Source: Octopus sinensis (taxonomy: Eukaryota). From it: a stretch of 64,000 nucleotides of DNA. Positions 52,431-63,710 of the stretch are shown here, in pieces; positions within the stretch are counted from its first letter, which is position 1, and every line of letters begins with the position of its first letter. Below the pieces are notes generated by a model, which did no database searches, had not been told where the DNA came from, and was given only the letters and a program-made list of their open reading frames with translations. Where the stretch lies: positions 39,320,464 to 39,384,463 of the forward strand of contig NC_043011.1 of NCBI RefSeq assembly GCF_006345805.1, read 5' to 3'. The position numbers were made by a program, and so were the translations under genes.

Positions 52431-52752
52431 ACTAACAAATAAAAATTTCTGCTGGAGTATAGACTCTTACACTGAGAGACAAACCTCTTGCTGGAATTAA
52501 AACCCTTTCACTGACAGACAAACTCTTCTGCCAGAATAAAGACCCTCCCACTGACAGGCAAACCCTTCTGCGAGAATAAAACCCCTCCCACTGACAGACA
52601 ATACTTTCTGCCAGAATAAAGACCCACTGACAGACAAACCCTTCTGCTGGAATAAAAGTCCTCTCAGTGACAGACAAATCCTTCTACTGGAAAAATCCTC
52701 TCCCACTGACAGACAAACCCTTCTGCCAAAATAAAGACCCTCCGCTGACAAA
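52431..52752. repeat. ~40-bp minisatellite x8 (actgacagacaaacccttctgccagaataaagaccctccc)
   Basis: Directly visible, ~370 bp downstream of the exon donor. Confidence 0.9.
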
Positions 52753-53479
52753 CCTTGTTTATGATAGACATTTATCAACTTAGCTGATATAAAATATCTT
52801 TATAACAGAATATCAAATGAATACGTATTTTGGTGGTGTATTTCCCAGGAAAGTGGTTTACTCTGAGAGCTTGGAAGATGTATTATAACCATTTAAAAAT
52901 ACACAAAGACTGTTAACTTCGCTTAAACACTTATTATTTTGTGTTAGACTTTTCATTGCACCAACTTCAACTTGATTCTTCTGATGCTGTAGAATCCTGT
53001 CAAGGACCAGGTACAAATGTAGTAACAGAGGTGTTAATTAAAAAAAAAAACAGTGAAAAATCTCAAAACTTGCTTGAATTTTGAGGCATATATGTACATA
53101 TATTCTTGGGTCAGAAGGGCAGTTTTGTTCCACTTTGCTGAAATTCTCTTGTAGAACCTCCCTGCCATCTTACAAGTAGTTGGTAGCATCCATGCTATAT
53201 CCTTGTTGTTAGTATCCCAGCTTGGCCTCAGTCCAGTGACTCTGTGACCAGTAATAGAATCTTTCTCGGACACAAGACAGCAATTTTAAGAGGAGAAGTA
53301 AGTCGATTATATTAACCCAAGTATTTGACTGGTACTTCTATCAACCGTGAAAGGATGAGAGGCAACATCAACCTTAGTGCAGTTTGAACTCAGAACACGA
53401 AGACGGACAAAGTACTACCAAGCATGCTAATGATTCTGCCAGGTTACCTCCTTAGTAACAGAATTATAATGATTACTAA

Positions 53480-53710
53480 GGCGGCGAGCTGGCAGAAACG
53501 TTAGCACGCTGAGCGAAATGCGTAGCTGTATTTCGTCTGCCGTTACGTTCGGAGTTCAAATTCTGCCGAGGTCGACTTTGCCTTTCATCCTTTCGGGGTC
53601 GATAAATTAAGTACCAGTTACGCACTGGGGTCGATGTAATCGACTTAATCCGTTTGTCTGTCTTTGTTTATCCCCTCTATGTTTAGCCCCTTGTGGGTAG
53701 TAAAGAAATA
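53480..53710 (+). mobile_element. Young full-length SINE family C with 15-bp TSD (tataatgattactaa)
   Basis: TSD at 53465-53479 and 53711-53725; intact CpGs. Confidence 0.92.
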
Positions 53711-53725
53711 TATAATGATTACTAA

Positions 53726-54045
53726 GGCATATGGTTCAGTGGTTAGTGTTGGGCTTACAGTCATGAAGAAGTGAGTTCAATTCCCAGACCGGGCTGTGTG
53801 TTATGTTCTTAAGCATATTTCCTGTTGCTCCAGTTCATTCAGTTGTAGAAATGAGTTGCAACGTCACTCGTGTCAAGATGTATCGACCTTTGCCAACATC
53901 GGTGGTATGGATAGGGGAGGCTGGTATGCATGGGCAACTGCTGATCTTCCATAAACAGTCTTGCCCAGACTTGTGCCTCAGAAGGTAACTTTCTAGGTGC
54001 AATCCTCCTGGTCATGGTCATTCTTGACCGAAAGGGGTCTTTACC
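53726..54045 (+). mobile_element. SINE family D
   Basis: tRNA-like head ggcatatggttcagtggttag...gagttcaattccc; tail shared with 1-155. Confidence 0.8.
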
Positions 54046-54721
54046 TTTTTACTTCACATGCTTTGTCGCTTCTCTCTGAAGTTTATACAACCTACTTTAC
54101 CATCTTCAGTTGTATTTCTCAAGCCAGTCTCACCTCTTACTTTCCAATAACCCCTTTGGTGTTAAGATTATACAAAATCTTTTTCTTCCTCGTCTTCACT
54201 GACACCCAGAGCACCTCCGCCAGCGCTGTGCCACCTCTTCCCTCTTCACTGATCTTCTGTAGAAATACATTTGCTTCCGGCAGTTTGGCATCAACTCAAG
54301 ATGGCTGTAGGAGCAGTTGTTTTATGAACTTCATTTCTTTCTCTGTTTCAACACATTCAAAAATATACACACAACAACTATAGGTGCACTCTTATCTCTG
54401 TGTATATGAAGAGTGTGTATGTGTTAAGTGTGTGTGTGTATATACAGACAGACACACACACACATGTATACATACATATGCACATTTGCAAACATGTACA
54501 ATGCATGTATTTTTGTTTTTGTGTGTGTATATGTATGTATGAGTGTACAGCAGAGTTTATGGTAGAACGTATATTTCTTTACACCTATTTCAACAACATG
54601 GGTGACCAGTCATACATCATGTCTACAGACATGAATGGTAATGACAGTTTAGTCACATATATGTGTATGTATCTATGTATACAGTCATGCATCTATGTAT
54701 ACATGACTGTGTATATATATC

Positions 54722-55140
54722 TCATCATCATTGTTTAACGTTCGTTTTTCCATGCTGGCCTCAGTCAAACCGTCCATGGGTTGGACTGTTTGACTGAGGT
54801 CAGGAGAGCCAGCGGCTACACCAGGCTCCAATCTGATCTGGCAGTGTTTCTACAGCTGGATGACCATCCTAATTTCACCCACTCCAAGAGTGTAGTGAGT
54901 GTTTTTTACACGTGCCTCCAGCACGGGTGCCAGTCAGGCAGGCCTGGCATCGATTACTTTTAGATGGTGCTTTTTACATGCCGCCAGCACAAGAGCCAGT
55001 CAGGGGGTACTGGCACTGGTGACAATCAGCTGGTGCTTTTTATGTGCCACCAGCACGAGAGCCAGTCAGGCAGACCTGGCATCAACTACATTCAGATGGT
55101 GCTTTTCATGTGCCACTGGCATAGGGGCCAGTCAGGGGGC
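54722..55140 (-). mobile_element. RTE 3' UTR copy; an inverted partner lies at 55480-55712 (+)
   Basis: catcatcattgtttaacgttcgttttccatgc start; subrepeats. Confidence 0.8.
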
Positions 55141-55349
55141 ACACATTGTCTCCACATTATCCATTTGTAATAACAAAATATGAACCCCTATCAGAATCTA
55201 CTTACCATGGACAAGAAGCATTTCTACCCATTCTACACAGCACTTTCCTTGGATAATGGAACTGCAACTGTAACATCCTACATATATTTTTACTTTTATT
55301 TTTATTCTTATATTGAACTCTATTTCCTTCTAATTAACTCTCTCATACT

Positions 55350-55397
55350 GTCTCTGATGAAGGGATATCCCTAATATCCCAGAAACTGCTGTATGAC
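55350..55397 (+). ncRNA. Type I hammerhead ribozyme motif
   Basis: gtct-CTGATGA-a[gggatat(cccta)atatccc]a-GAAA-ctgctg-TA-tgac; perfect 7-bp stem II, one mismatch each in stems I and III. Confidence 0.55.
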
Positions 55398-55791
55398 TAC
55401 CTTTCTCTTTATAAATGTCCTATAAATTCCACACAGCCTTGGTTTTGTTGTCTCATTTTATTCAACATATACATATATATATATGCACCAATCTGACCGT
55501 GGCCATTGCCAGCCTCGCCTGGCACCTGTGCAGGTGGCACGTAAAAAGTACCCACTACACTCACGGAGTGGTTGGCATTAGGAAGGGCATCCAGCTGTAG
55601 AAACATTCCAGATAAGACTGGAGCCTGGTGCAGCCTTATGGCTTCCCAGATCCCCGGTCGAACCGTCCAACCCATGCTAGCATGGAGAACGGACGTTAAA
55701 CGATGATGATGATATATGAGAGAGAGAGAGACCAGTAGTAAGAAACTAAAATGATGAAAGGAATAAAAGATTATGTCATGAACTTGTTTGA

Positions 55792-55864
55792 AGCTCTGAT
55801 GAAGCTATACACAAGCATTCAAGTAAGAGTGCATTGCATGTTGTAGCAGAAACAACTGTAAGCT
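55792..55864 (+). ncRNA. Type I hammerhead ribozyme motif, same family as 46912-46992
   Basis: agct-CTGATGA-a[gcta..agcattc(aagtaa)gagtgc..tagc]a-GAAA-caactg-TA-agct. Confidence 0.6.
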
Positions 55865-56188
55865 AATGAAGTTCATTACATAATTGTTTATTCCTTTGTC
55901 ATTTTACTTTCTTATTACAGAGCAGTAATAAGAAAGCATGTGTATATGGAGTTCCAACACCAAGTTATTAGCATCACTGTGCCTAACTGAAATAATAATA
56001 ATAATCCTTTTTACTAAAGGCACAAGGCCTGAAATTTCGGGGGAAAGGGACTAGTTGATTACACTGACCCCAGTGTTCATCTGGTACTTAATTTATCAAC
56101 CCCGAAAAGCTGACAGGCAAAGTCGAACGAAATACCGCTAAGCATTTTGTTTGGCGTGCTAATGGTTCTACCAGCTGCCTTAATAATA

Positions 56189-56752
56189 TTGGGTTGTCCG
56201 GAAAGTTTGTGCCGATTTTTAAAGGAAAGTAAAAGGTCAATAAATACTTGCCATTACATTTTTAATCAACCAAATATGAACCGTTTTGTTGCACAATGCA
56301 TCTCCATTTTCCTTTAACTTGAAAATACCCTCTTCCCAGAAGTGAGGTGGTTTCATAGCAGAGAATTCATCAAGGTATCTTTTTATATCATCCAAGGAAT
56401 TGAAATTTTTACCATTAAGACTATTTGGCAGAGACCTGAATAAGTGGAAATCCAAAGGAGCAATATCTGGTGAATATGGAGGGTGGGGTAACACATCCCA
56501 GCCGAGCTGCAGCAATTTTTGTCTGCTTCCCAAAGCATCAGGTGCCGAAAATGAACTTTCTTATCTTCCATTTTAAAGGGTTACAGAATTAACACATGTT
56601 GTAGGAACATAAACCTTCTTCCACAAAAAGATAGCTTAAACTGTGCTCTAAACGGAGGTGTAGTCAAATCTATTTTATGGACTCAATCATGTTCTAAAAT
56701 AAGCCAAAAAGTAAGCTACTATAAATCAGCACAAACTTACCGGACAACCCAA
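56189..56752 (-). mobile_element. Non-autonomous mariner (mellifera-subfamily-like), internal deletion, intact TIRs
   Basis: TA|TTGGGTTGTCCGGAAAGTTTGTGCCGATTT ... AAATCAGCACAAACTTACCGGACAACCCAA|TA. Encodes MEDKKVHFRHLMLWE fused to RQKLLQLGWDVLPHPPYSPDIAPLDFHLFRSL. Confidence 0.9.
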
Positions 56753-57017
56753 TAATGATAATAATAATAATAATAATAACATATACATATTGACATCTAG
56801 ATATTGTAACAGTGAGATCTGAAAAGCAAAGAAAAGAAAAAGAAAAGATGCCAGAATAACTTAAATATTTATTGGTAAAATAAGTTACAAAATAATGAAT
56901 TGGAATACTATTTTTAATTTGTTGTCTTCACTCTGTGAACTCTTTTAAAATTAAAATTGCCATTACAATGTTTGAGTGCATATGTGTGTACATATATACA
57001 GACACACACACATATGA

Positions 57018-57201
57018 ATTAAAGGAAGACGCAGACAAAAACCATAGCAGGACAAGCTTATCAGATCGTTTAAAATATTTTAATTAATGTAATTAATGTT
57101 CCTTACTTTGATTCACCTTTACATTGATTATATTAATGAAAGTATTTTAATTGATCTGATAAGCTTGTCTTGCTTTCATTTTGTCTTCCTTCTCCTTTAA
57201 T
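57018..57201. repeat. Long inverted repeat (~80-bp arms, ~21-nt loop)
   Basis: Left arm agcaggacaagcttatcagatcgtttaaaata pairs with right arm tattttaattgatctgataagcttgtcttgct. Confidence 0.9.
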
Positions 57202-57933
57202 GTATATCCGCTGACTCCGAAGTCTGCTACTGATCACCAGCACCAAGTCGTGAACTTGGATCCTAACAGATTACCAATTACAGCACTATGCCGTGTACTA
57301 TTAGTTTTGGATCATCGGTAACCTAAGCCTTACCTTTTCTGTTATATATATATATATATATTAATGATAATATTAATATGACAACAAAAGAATGAATGAG
57401 GCCTCAATATTATATAAATAGAGGAATTTATTTATAAATATATAATATAGGGCAATCAATTAGTTGTCATAATAATACTGGGCCAAAGCAGGATTTATAT
57501 TTCACCAAAGTACAAGTGCCCATGTGCTTGTGTGGCAGGCATACACTTGCACACTCACACATGCATGCACAATTAACAACAGAGGAAGAAAAGGTATCTT
57601 GCTTCAGGCATCTTCTGGACATGGTTATTTTAGATCAAAGAGGGTGGATATTCTAGTACTTGGGAGGATGCCAGTATGGAATGGTAAATATGGGTGTGTA
57701 TATGTGCATGTGTGTGTTTATGGCAGTGGTTTGGTACATGTTATCAGTCCAGCTCTAGCAGATTTATAATACAGAGCTGGCCAACTCAGCTCTGTAAATA
57801 TGCGAGTGTGTGTGTGTGTTTGTGTGTTCAGTAGCTGTGGTCAGCCCAACTTTCACAAATATGTTGTGCATGTGTGTATGTATGCAATACACCTATATAT
57901 ACACATATGCACATGCATGCACAGACACATGTC

Positions 57934-57978
<45 letters not shown>

Positions 57979-58010
57979 TTTATTTAAAGCAGCAGAAAAT
58001 TCAACAAAAC

Positions 58011-58048
58011 CTGTTACTCTGAGTTTCCCGTTGCCGTTCGTCAGACAG
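58011..58048 (-). ncRNA. Minimal type I hammerhead ribozyme with intact core, in a (TA)n-flanked Penelope-like fragment (57975-58220)
   Basis: Minus strand ctgt-CTGACGA-a cg(gcaa)cg g-GAAA-ctcagag-TA-acag: all core bases canonical, GUA cleavage triplet, stem I ctgt/acag. Confidence 0.7.
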
Positions 58049-58589
58049 TTTTTGCTAGATTTGAACTGATATGTGAATTCTATCCAGACTATTACAAACG
58101 CTACACCTTTAAAAAATGGACTTGTTTGATTGGCCCTTTAGAAAAGCATATTACTCTACCACTGGTATTTGAGTACTTTTTTTTCCACCTTGTTTCACAT
58201 TTATGTGTTTACTCCAGTATATATATATATATATATATCAATTAGGTGTTGTGCTTACCTCATGAAGGGATGGTTTTATCCAAGGAAATACTGGTTTGAT
58301 ACCTAGTATTTTAGGGGAATTAATTTCCTTTTAAAATATAGGTGTATATATATAAAAACATAGTTTAACCACATATAAAACGTCCAAGGATATATTGTTT
58401 TCCTCTCTGAAGATATGCTCAAGTCATATAGATTTAATATTTACTGAGTGTTAATTGAAACAGCTCTAAGTGAAGATGATTAATTTGCTGTTAATAATAA
58501 TTAATTATTAACTTCCCAATCTCCATTTCCTTTTTCTTCATATATAATATTAATGTAAACAGCAGGTTGCAATGTTTTACCAAATATAA

Positions 58590-59230
58590 GACCTCACTGA
58601 GGCAATGACTAGTGACCGAGACCTTTGGAAATATGCTGTGCTTGAGAAGACCCGGCAAGCCAAGTGAGACCATAACCCGTGGCCTATGCCAGGCATGTGT
58701 AACGAGCCCACTTATGCGTACCTTTCCTTCATTTGACACTAAACTCTGCTTGCGAAGACCTGTTGAGGCAAGTGAAATCAAAATCAAATTCGATGACAGC
58801 ACCGCATGATTGACATCAGTGCTAGTGGAGCGTGATCGTTGCCAGGGCTGCTGACTGGCTCCTGTGCCAGTGGCATGTAAAAAAGCACCGTTCGAGTGTG
58901 ATCATTACCAGCATCGCCTTACTGGCACATGAAAAGCAACATTTGGGCAAGGTCGTTGCCAGTGCTGCTGGACTAGCTCCTGTGCAGGTGGCACGTAAAA
59001 AACACTATTTGAGCGTGGCCGTTACCAGTACTGCCTGACTGGCCCTCATGCCAGTGGCACATAAAAGCACCCACTAGACTCAGAGAGTGGTTGGCATTAG
59101 GAAGGGCATCCAGCTGTAGAAACTCTGCCAGATCAGATTAGAGCCTGGTGCAGCCATCTGGCTCACCAGTCTTTAATCAAACCGTCCAACCCATGCCAGC
59201 ATGCAAAATGGACGTTAAACGTTGATGATA
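58590..59230 (+). mobile_element. RTE LINE 3' end: ORF C-terminus plus long subrepeat-containing 3' UTR
   Basis: DLTEAMTSDRDLWKYAVLEKTRQAK* (58590-58667), followed by the UTR found truncated many times in the window. Confidence 0.75.
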
Positions 59231-59522
59231 TATATATATATATTGTTCCAGCATGGAAGACATTAATTGATGATTATATGTATGCATGTATATATTACAT
59301 ATATATATAATATTAATTCGAGACAAAACCACTATTTTGCAAATCAAACAAGGAAAGACTTAATCAATACATAAAAAATTTTAATATAATATAATATATT
59401 ATTATTATATATTATTATATGTTATATATTATTATATAATATTTTACTATAAAATTGGATTTAATCCTAAATCTGATTTTTTCCCTGTAAATTTGGATTT
59501 ATTCCCTAATATTTATTATTAC

Positions 59523-59553
<31 letters not shown>

Positions 59554-59761
59554 TAGAAGTGGTGTTTGTAGATATTGAATATTGAGAAAAGAGAAGGTCA
59601 GCAGAATTTTGGGAAAAGAAGTTTTTTACTTAGTCAGCACTTTCGTTCATCTTCGATTGTCAAATAAAATATATATGACAAGTTTGAAGATGAACAAAAG
59701 CAAATAATAATACTGTCCAAATATAAAATTCTTTTTCCAAACTTCTGACAACCTCCTCTTT

Positions 59762-59777
<16 letters not shown>

Positions 59778-59801
<24 letters not shown>

Positions 59802-60190
59802 GTAAGTAGCTTGTTTACCAGCCACATGGTTCCGGGTTCAGTCCCACTGCGTGGCACCTTGGCCAAGTGTCTTCTACTATAGCCTCGGGCCGACCAAAGC
59901 CTTGTGAGTGGATTTGGTAGACGGAAACTGGAAGAAGCCCGTCGTATATATGTATATATATATATATATATATATGCGTGTTTGTGTGAGTGTGTTTGTC
60001 CCCCTAGCATTGCTTGACAACCGATGCGGGTGTGTTTATGTTCCCGTCACTTAGCGGTTCGGCAAAAGAGACCGATAGAATAAGTACTGGGCTTACAAAG
60101 AATAAGTCACGGGGTCGATTTGCTCGACTAAAGGCGGTGCTCCAGCATGGCCGCAGTCAAATGACTGAAACAAGTAAAAGAGTAAAGAGT
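59778..60190 (+). mobile_element. SINE family A, near-consensus young copy
   Basis: CpG-intact head, core and tail ending aaacaagtaaaagagtaaagag; a further degenerate tail lies at 60200-60410. Confidence 0.9.
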
Positions 60191-60875
60191 AATATATGCA
60201 CCTATGTGTGTGTGTCTGTTTTGTCCACCTCCACTGACTAGCAACTGGTATTGGTGTGTTAATGTCCCCATAAATTAGCAGTCCAGCAAAAGAGACTGAT
60301 AGAATAAATACCAGGCATGAATATTGTAGTTGATTCATTTGACTAACAAAATTTTTCACGCTGATGCTCCAGCATGGCTGCAGTCTGATGATTGAAACAA
60401 GCTAAAGATTAAAGATATGCGTTATCTAAGAATCTTGCATGTGTTTCTATAGATATGAAGCAATCATTTCATTCTTGACAAACTAAGTGGGTTTTTTTTT
60501 TGTTCTTTATTCATTGTTTTTATTTTTGTCTTTTATTTATTCTCATTTTTATTCTTTAGGATTTTTTTCTTCTCTTTTTTGCTTTTCTATGACATTTCTT
60601 TCTTTCATAAATAAGGATCTAATTGAGTATTGCACGCAAATATAGGAAATATTTTTCTCCCTGGGTTTTCCATCTATATATGTTTGTTTATTTATACATT
60701 TACACACAGACAAAAACACACACATACACACACAAGTATATGATCATACACTCACACACATGCATATATGTGCATATATACACACACTCTCATATACACG
60801 AACAAATACATTTGAGCATAATCTTGACTAAAGATATGTATAATTCAATGTACTTGCTCATGTGTATATATATAT

Positions 60876-60931
<56 letters not shown>

Positions 60932-61264
60932 CAAGTACATGTGTGTGTTTATATTTTACATATATTTCTCTGTTAAAGTCAATCATCACACACACACGCA
61001 CCCTATACCCATGAAAATTTATAGGGGCTATTTCTTGACTCCTTTCACCCAGTTTTCATCTCTTGCATTTCTTTCTGTCATTTTGCTTCCCTTTTTATCC
61101 TCCAATTCCCATCGAATACTCACTTTTTCCCATCTTTCTTTACTTTCACTATTGTGTGTGTGTGTGCACGTGTGTATCTGTCTGTTTATGTCTCCTTGGC
61201 AAGTGTCACTGTCGTAGGAGCCATGTCACTCATTTCCAGTATAAATTGTGAAAGCACATCTGCT

Positions 61265-61770
61265 CATCATCATCATCGTTTAACATCTGCTTTCCATGCT
61301 GGCATGGGTTGGATAGTTTGACTGCGGACTGGTGAGCCAGAGGCTGCACCAGGCTCAATCTGATCTGGCAAAGTTTCTACAGCTGGATTCCCTTCCTAAC
61401 GCCAACTATTCAGAGAGTGTAGTGGGTGCTTTTACGTGACACTGGCATGAGAGACAGTCAGGCAGTTTTGACAACGACCACTCTCAAAAGGTGCCACCAG
61501 CACATGTGCTGGTAGGGTGACTCTGGCAACAATCACGATCAAATGGTGCCTTTCACGTGCCACTGGCACGGCAGCCAATCTGTGGCCCTTGCAGTGATCA
61601 CACTTGGGTGTACTTTTAACGTTCCAGTGGCACAAGTGCCAGTCATGGGCAAATGTTACCCCTACTTGAAAACAGGTGAGGGTTGGCAACAGGAAGGCAT
61701 CCAGCCATGTACGTTGCCTCGATGAACTTTGTCCAACCCAGGAAGCATGGAAAAGTGGACGTTTAAAGGA
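61265..61770. mobile_element. RTE 3' UTR copies in opposite orientations
   Basis: 61265-61620 is minus; 61620-61770 is plus-oriented tail. Confidence 0.65.
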
Positions 61771-62003
61771 ATGATATATGTGTGCATGCATCATTCAGAC
61801 GCATTTGTATTTTACTCTCTGTCAGTTTCTTTTTTCTCCTCCTCTGCCTTTCCTGTAGAAGAGCATAGACTCAAAACATTAAAGACTTCATTCAATTTCC
61901 CTGACCGTCAAATGATATATCTTCTTTGTTGTTGTCTTACATTGTCTTTGTGTTTTTTGTTTTTTGTTTTTTTTTCAGGTTATATATATGCTTTTACACA
62001 CAC

Positions 62004-62044
<41 letters not shown>

Positions 62045-62287
62045 GTATGTGTAATTCTTTATACAAAAATGTTATTAGCAGTGGCTTTGAAGTTTCAACC
62101 AGTTAAGTGATCATTGGATGCAGTTTGATAATGGCTTAACTGGCTGTAACTTTGAAGTCATTGTCAAGAATATTTTTCTTCAAGAATGATAAATTTGTAC
62201 TCTACAAAAGTATAGAATAACCATCGGAATAATGTGAAATTGTTTTTATTATAACTGAACATAAAGACAAAAAGCATTAACATATTA

Positions 62288-62450
62288 TAGGTACAGGCGT
62301 GACTGTGTGGTAAGAAGCTTGCTTCCCAACCACATGGTTCCAGGTTCAGTCCCACTGCGTGGCACCTTGGGCAAGTGTCTTCTACTATAGCCTCGGGCTG
62401 ACCAAAGCCTTGTGAGTGGATTTTGTGGACAGAAACTGCAAGAAGCCTGT

Positions 62451-62492
<42 letters not shown>

Positions 62493-63030
62493 ATATCGGG
62501 ACCGCCTTTGCTCACGACACTGACCATGGGATTGCACCTAGAAAGTTACCCTCCTAATCACAAGTCTGGACAAGGTGGTTTATGGAAGACCAGCAGTCGC
62601 CCATGCATACCGGCCTCCCCTCTCCACGCCACCAGTGTTATCCAAGGGAAAGGCAGCAGCCAATACAGCTTTGCACCCATGACATCGCAACTCATTTCTA
62701 CAGCTGAGTGAACTGGAGCAATGTGAAATAATGTGTCTTACTCAAGAACACAACACGCAGCCCGGTCCAGGATTTGAACTCACAACCTCACGAACGTAAG
62801 CTTAACGCTCTAACCACTGAGCCATGCGCCTTCACTATATATATATATATTTGCGTGTGTGTCCCCGTCATCACTTGACAATCAATGCTGGTGTGTTTAT
62901 GTCCCTGTTTATCAGTGTCTTTTGCCAAACTGCTAAGTACTCGGCTTACAAAGAATAAGTTCTAAGGTCGATTCCTTCTGCCTACACTCTTTAAGGCTGC
63001 AGTCAAATGACTGAAACAACTAAAACAATA
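62288..63030 (+). mobile_element. SINE family A with a minus-strand SINE D (62497-62832) nested in its (TA)n
   Basis: Head 62288-62455, (TA)n, full reverse SINE D ending gagccatgcgcc, (TA)n, tail. Confidence 0.85.
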
Positions 63031-63133
63031 AAAGAAAAACTATATTTTTCCTGAGCACCAAACTAAAACTCCTGCTTGTTCTTTCACCTGTCTCTGTCTT
63101 TTGTTTTCTATATATGTGAACCATATCTATCTA

Positions 63134-63170
<37 letters not shown>

Positions 63171-63174
<4 letters not shown>

Positions 63175-63607
63175 CATTTCTAAATCTCATAGAGAGACTT
63201 ATGCAGTAGTGATACGATAAAGTAGTTGTATGCTGTCAACTTAATGTGACAGTCCCATGAAGGGAATAATAGTACTGCTATTTAGCCCTAGGAAGCAGCT
63301 ATGCTTCCTGTCAGCCTTGACACATTTCCTGTGTCCTTATGTTTACAAGGGCGAGATAAGCACCTCCACCCAGCTAAGCCTGCACTCAGAGACTAGTTAG
63401 TTTCTGAGTCTTTGCTTGTCTTCAGTCTGGAGTACCATGGCTTGCTAGTTAGAGATGCCTATCTAGCCCTTGTAAACATATAATAATTCTAGTGAAATAC
63501 ATTCACTGATTTCAAAAATAGAAATAATACATTTCTAAATCTCTCAGAGAGATTTATGCAGTAGTGATACGATTAAGTAGTTGCATGCTGTCAACTTAAT
63601 GTGACAG
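63171..63607 (+). repeat. ~82-bp direct repeats 355 bp apart, with a decayed hammerhead-like motif after the first copy
   Basis: 63171-63252 and 63526-63607 (catttctaaatctc..agagaga.ttatgcagtagtgatacgat.aagtagttg.atgctgtcaacttaatgtgacag). Confidence 0.8.
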
Positions 63608-63710
63608 CATACAGCTACTTTATATATATATATATATATATATAGATATATATATATGTATGTATGTATGTATCTGAGTTTGAATGGTTGTGTATAGAAC
63701 AATATCTTAA

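Noticed and set aside
53480-53560. tRNA-like A/B boxes here and at other SINE heads
   Set aside because: They do not form complete cloverleafs and continue into SINE bodies, so they are not called as tRNA genes.
57050-57072. agcttatcaga resembles vertebrate miR-21
   Set aside because: Only an 11-nt match, and miR-21 is vertebrate-specific, so this is coincidental.
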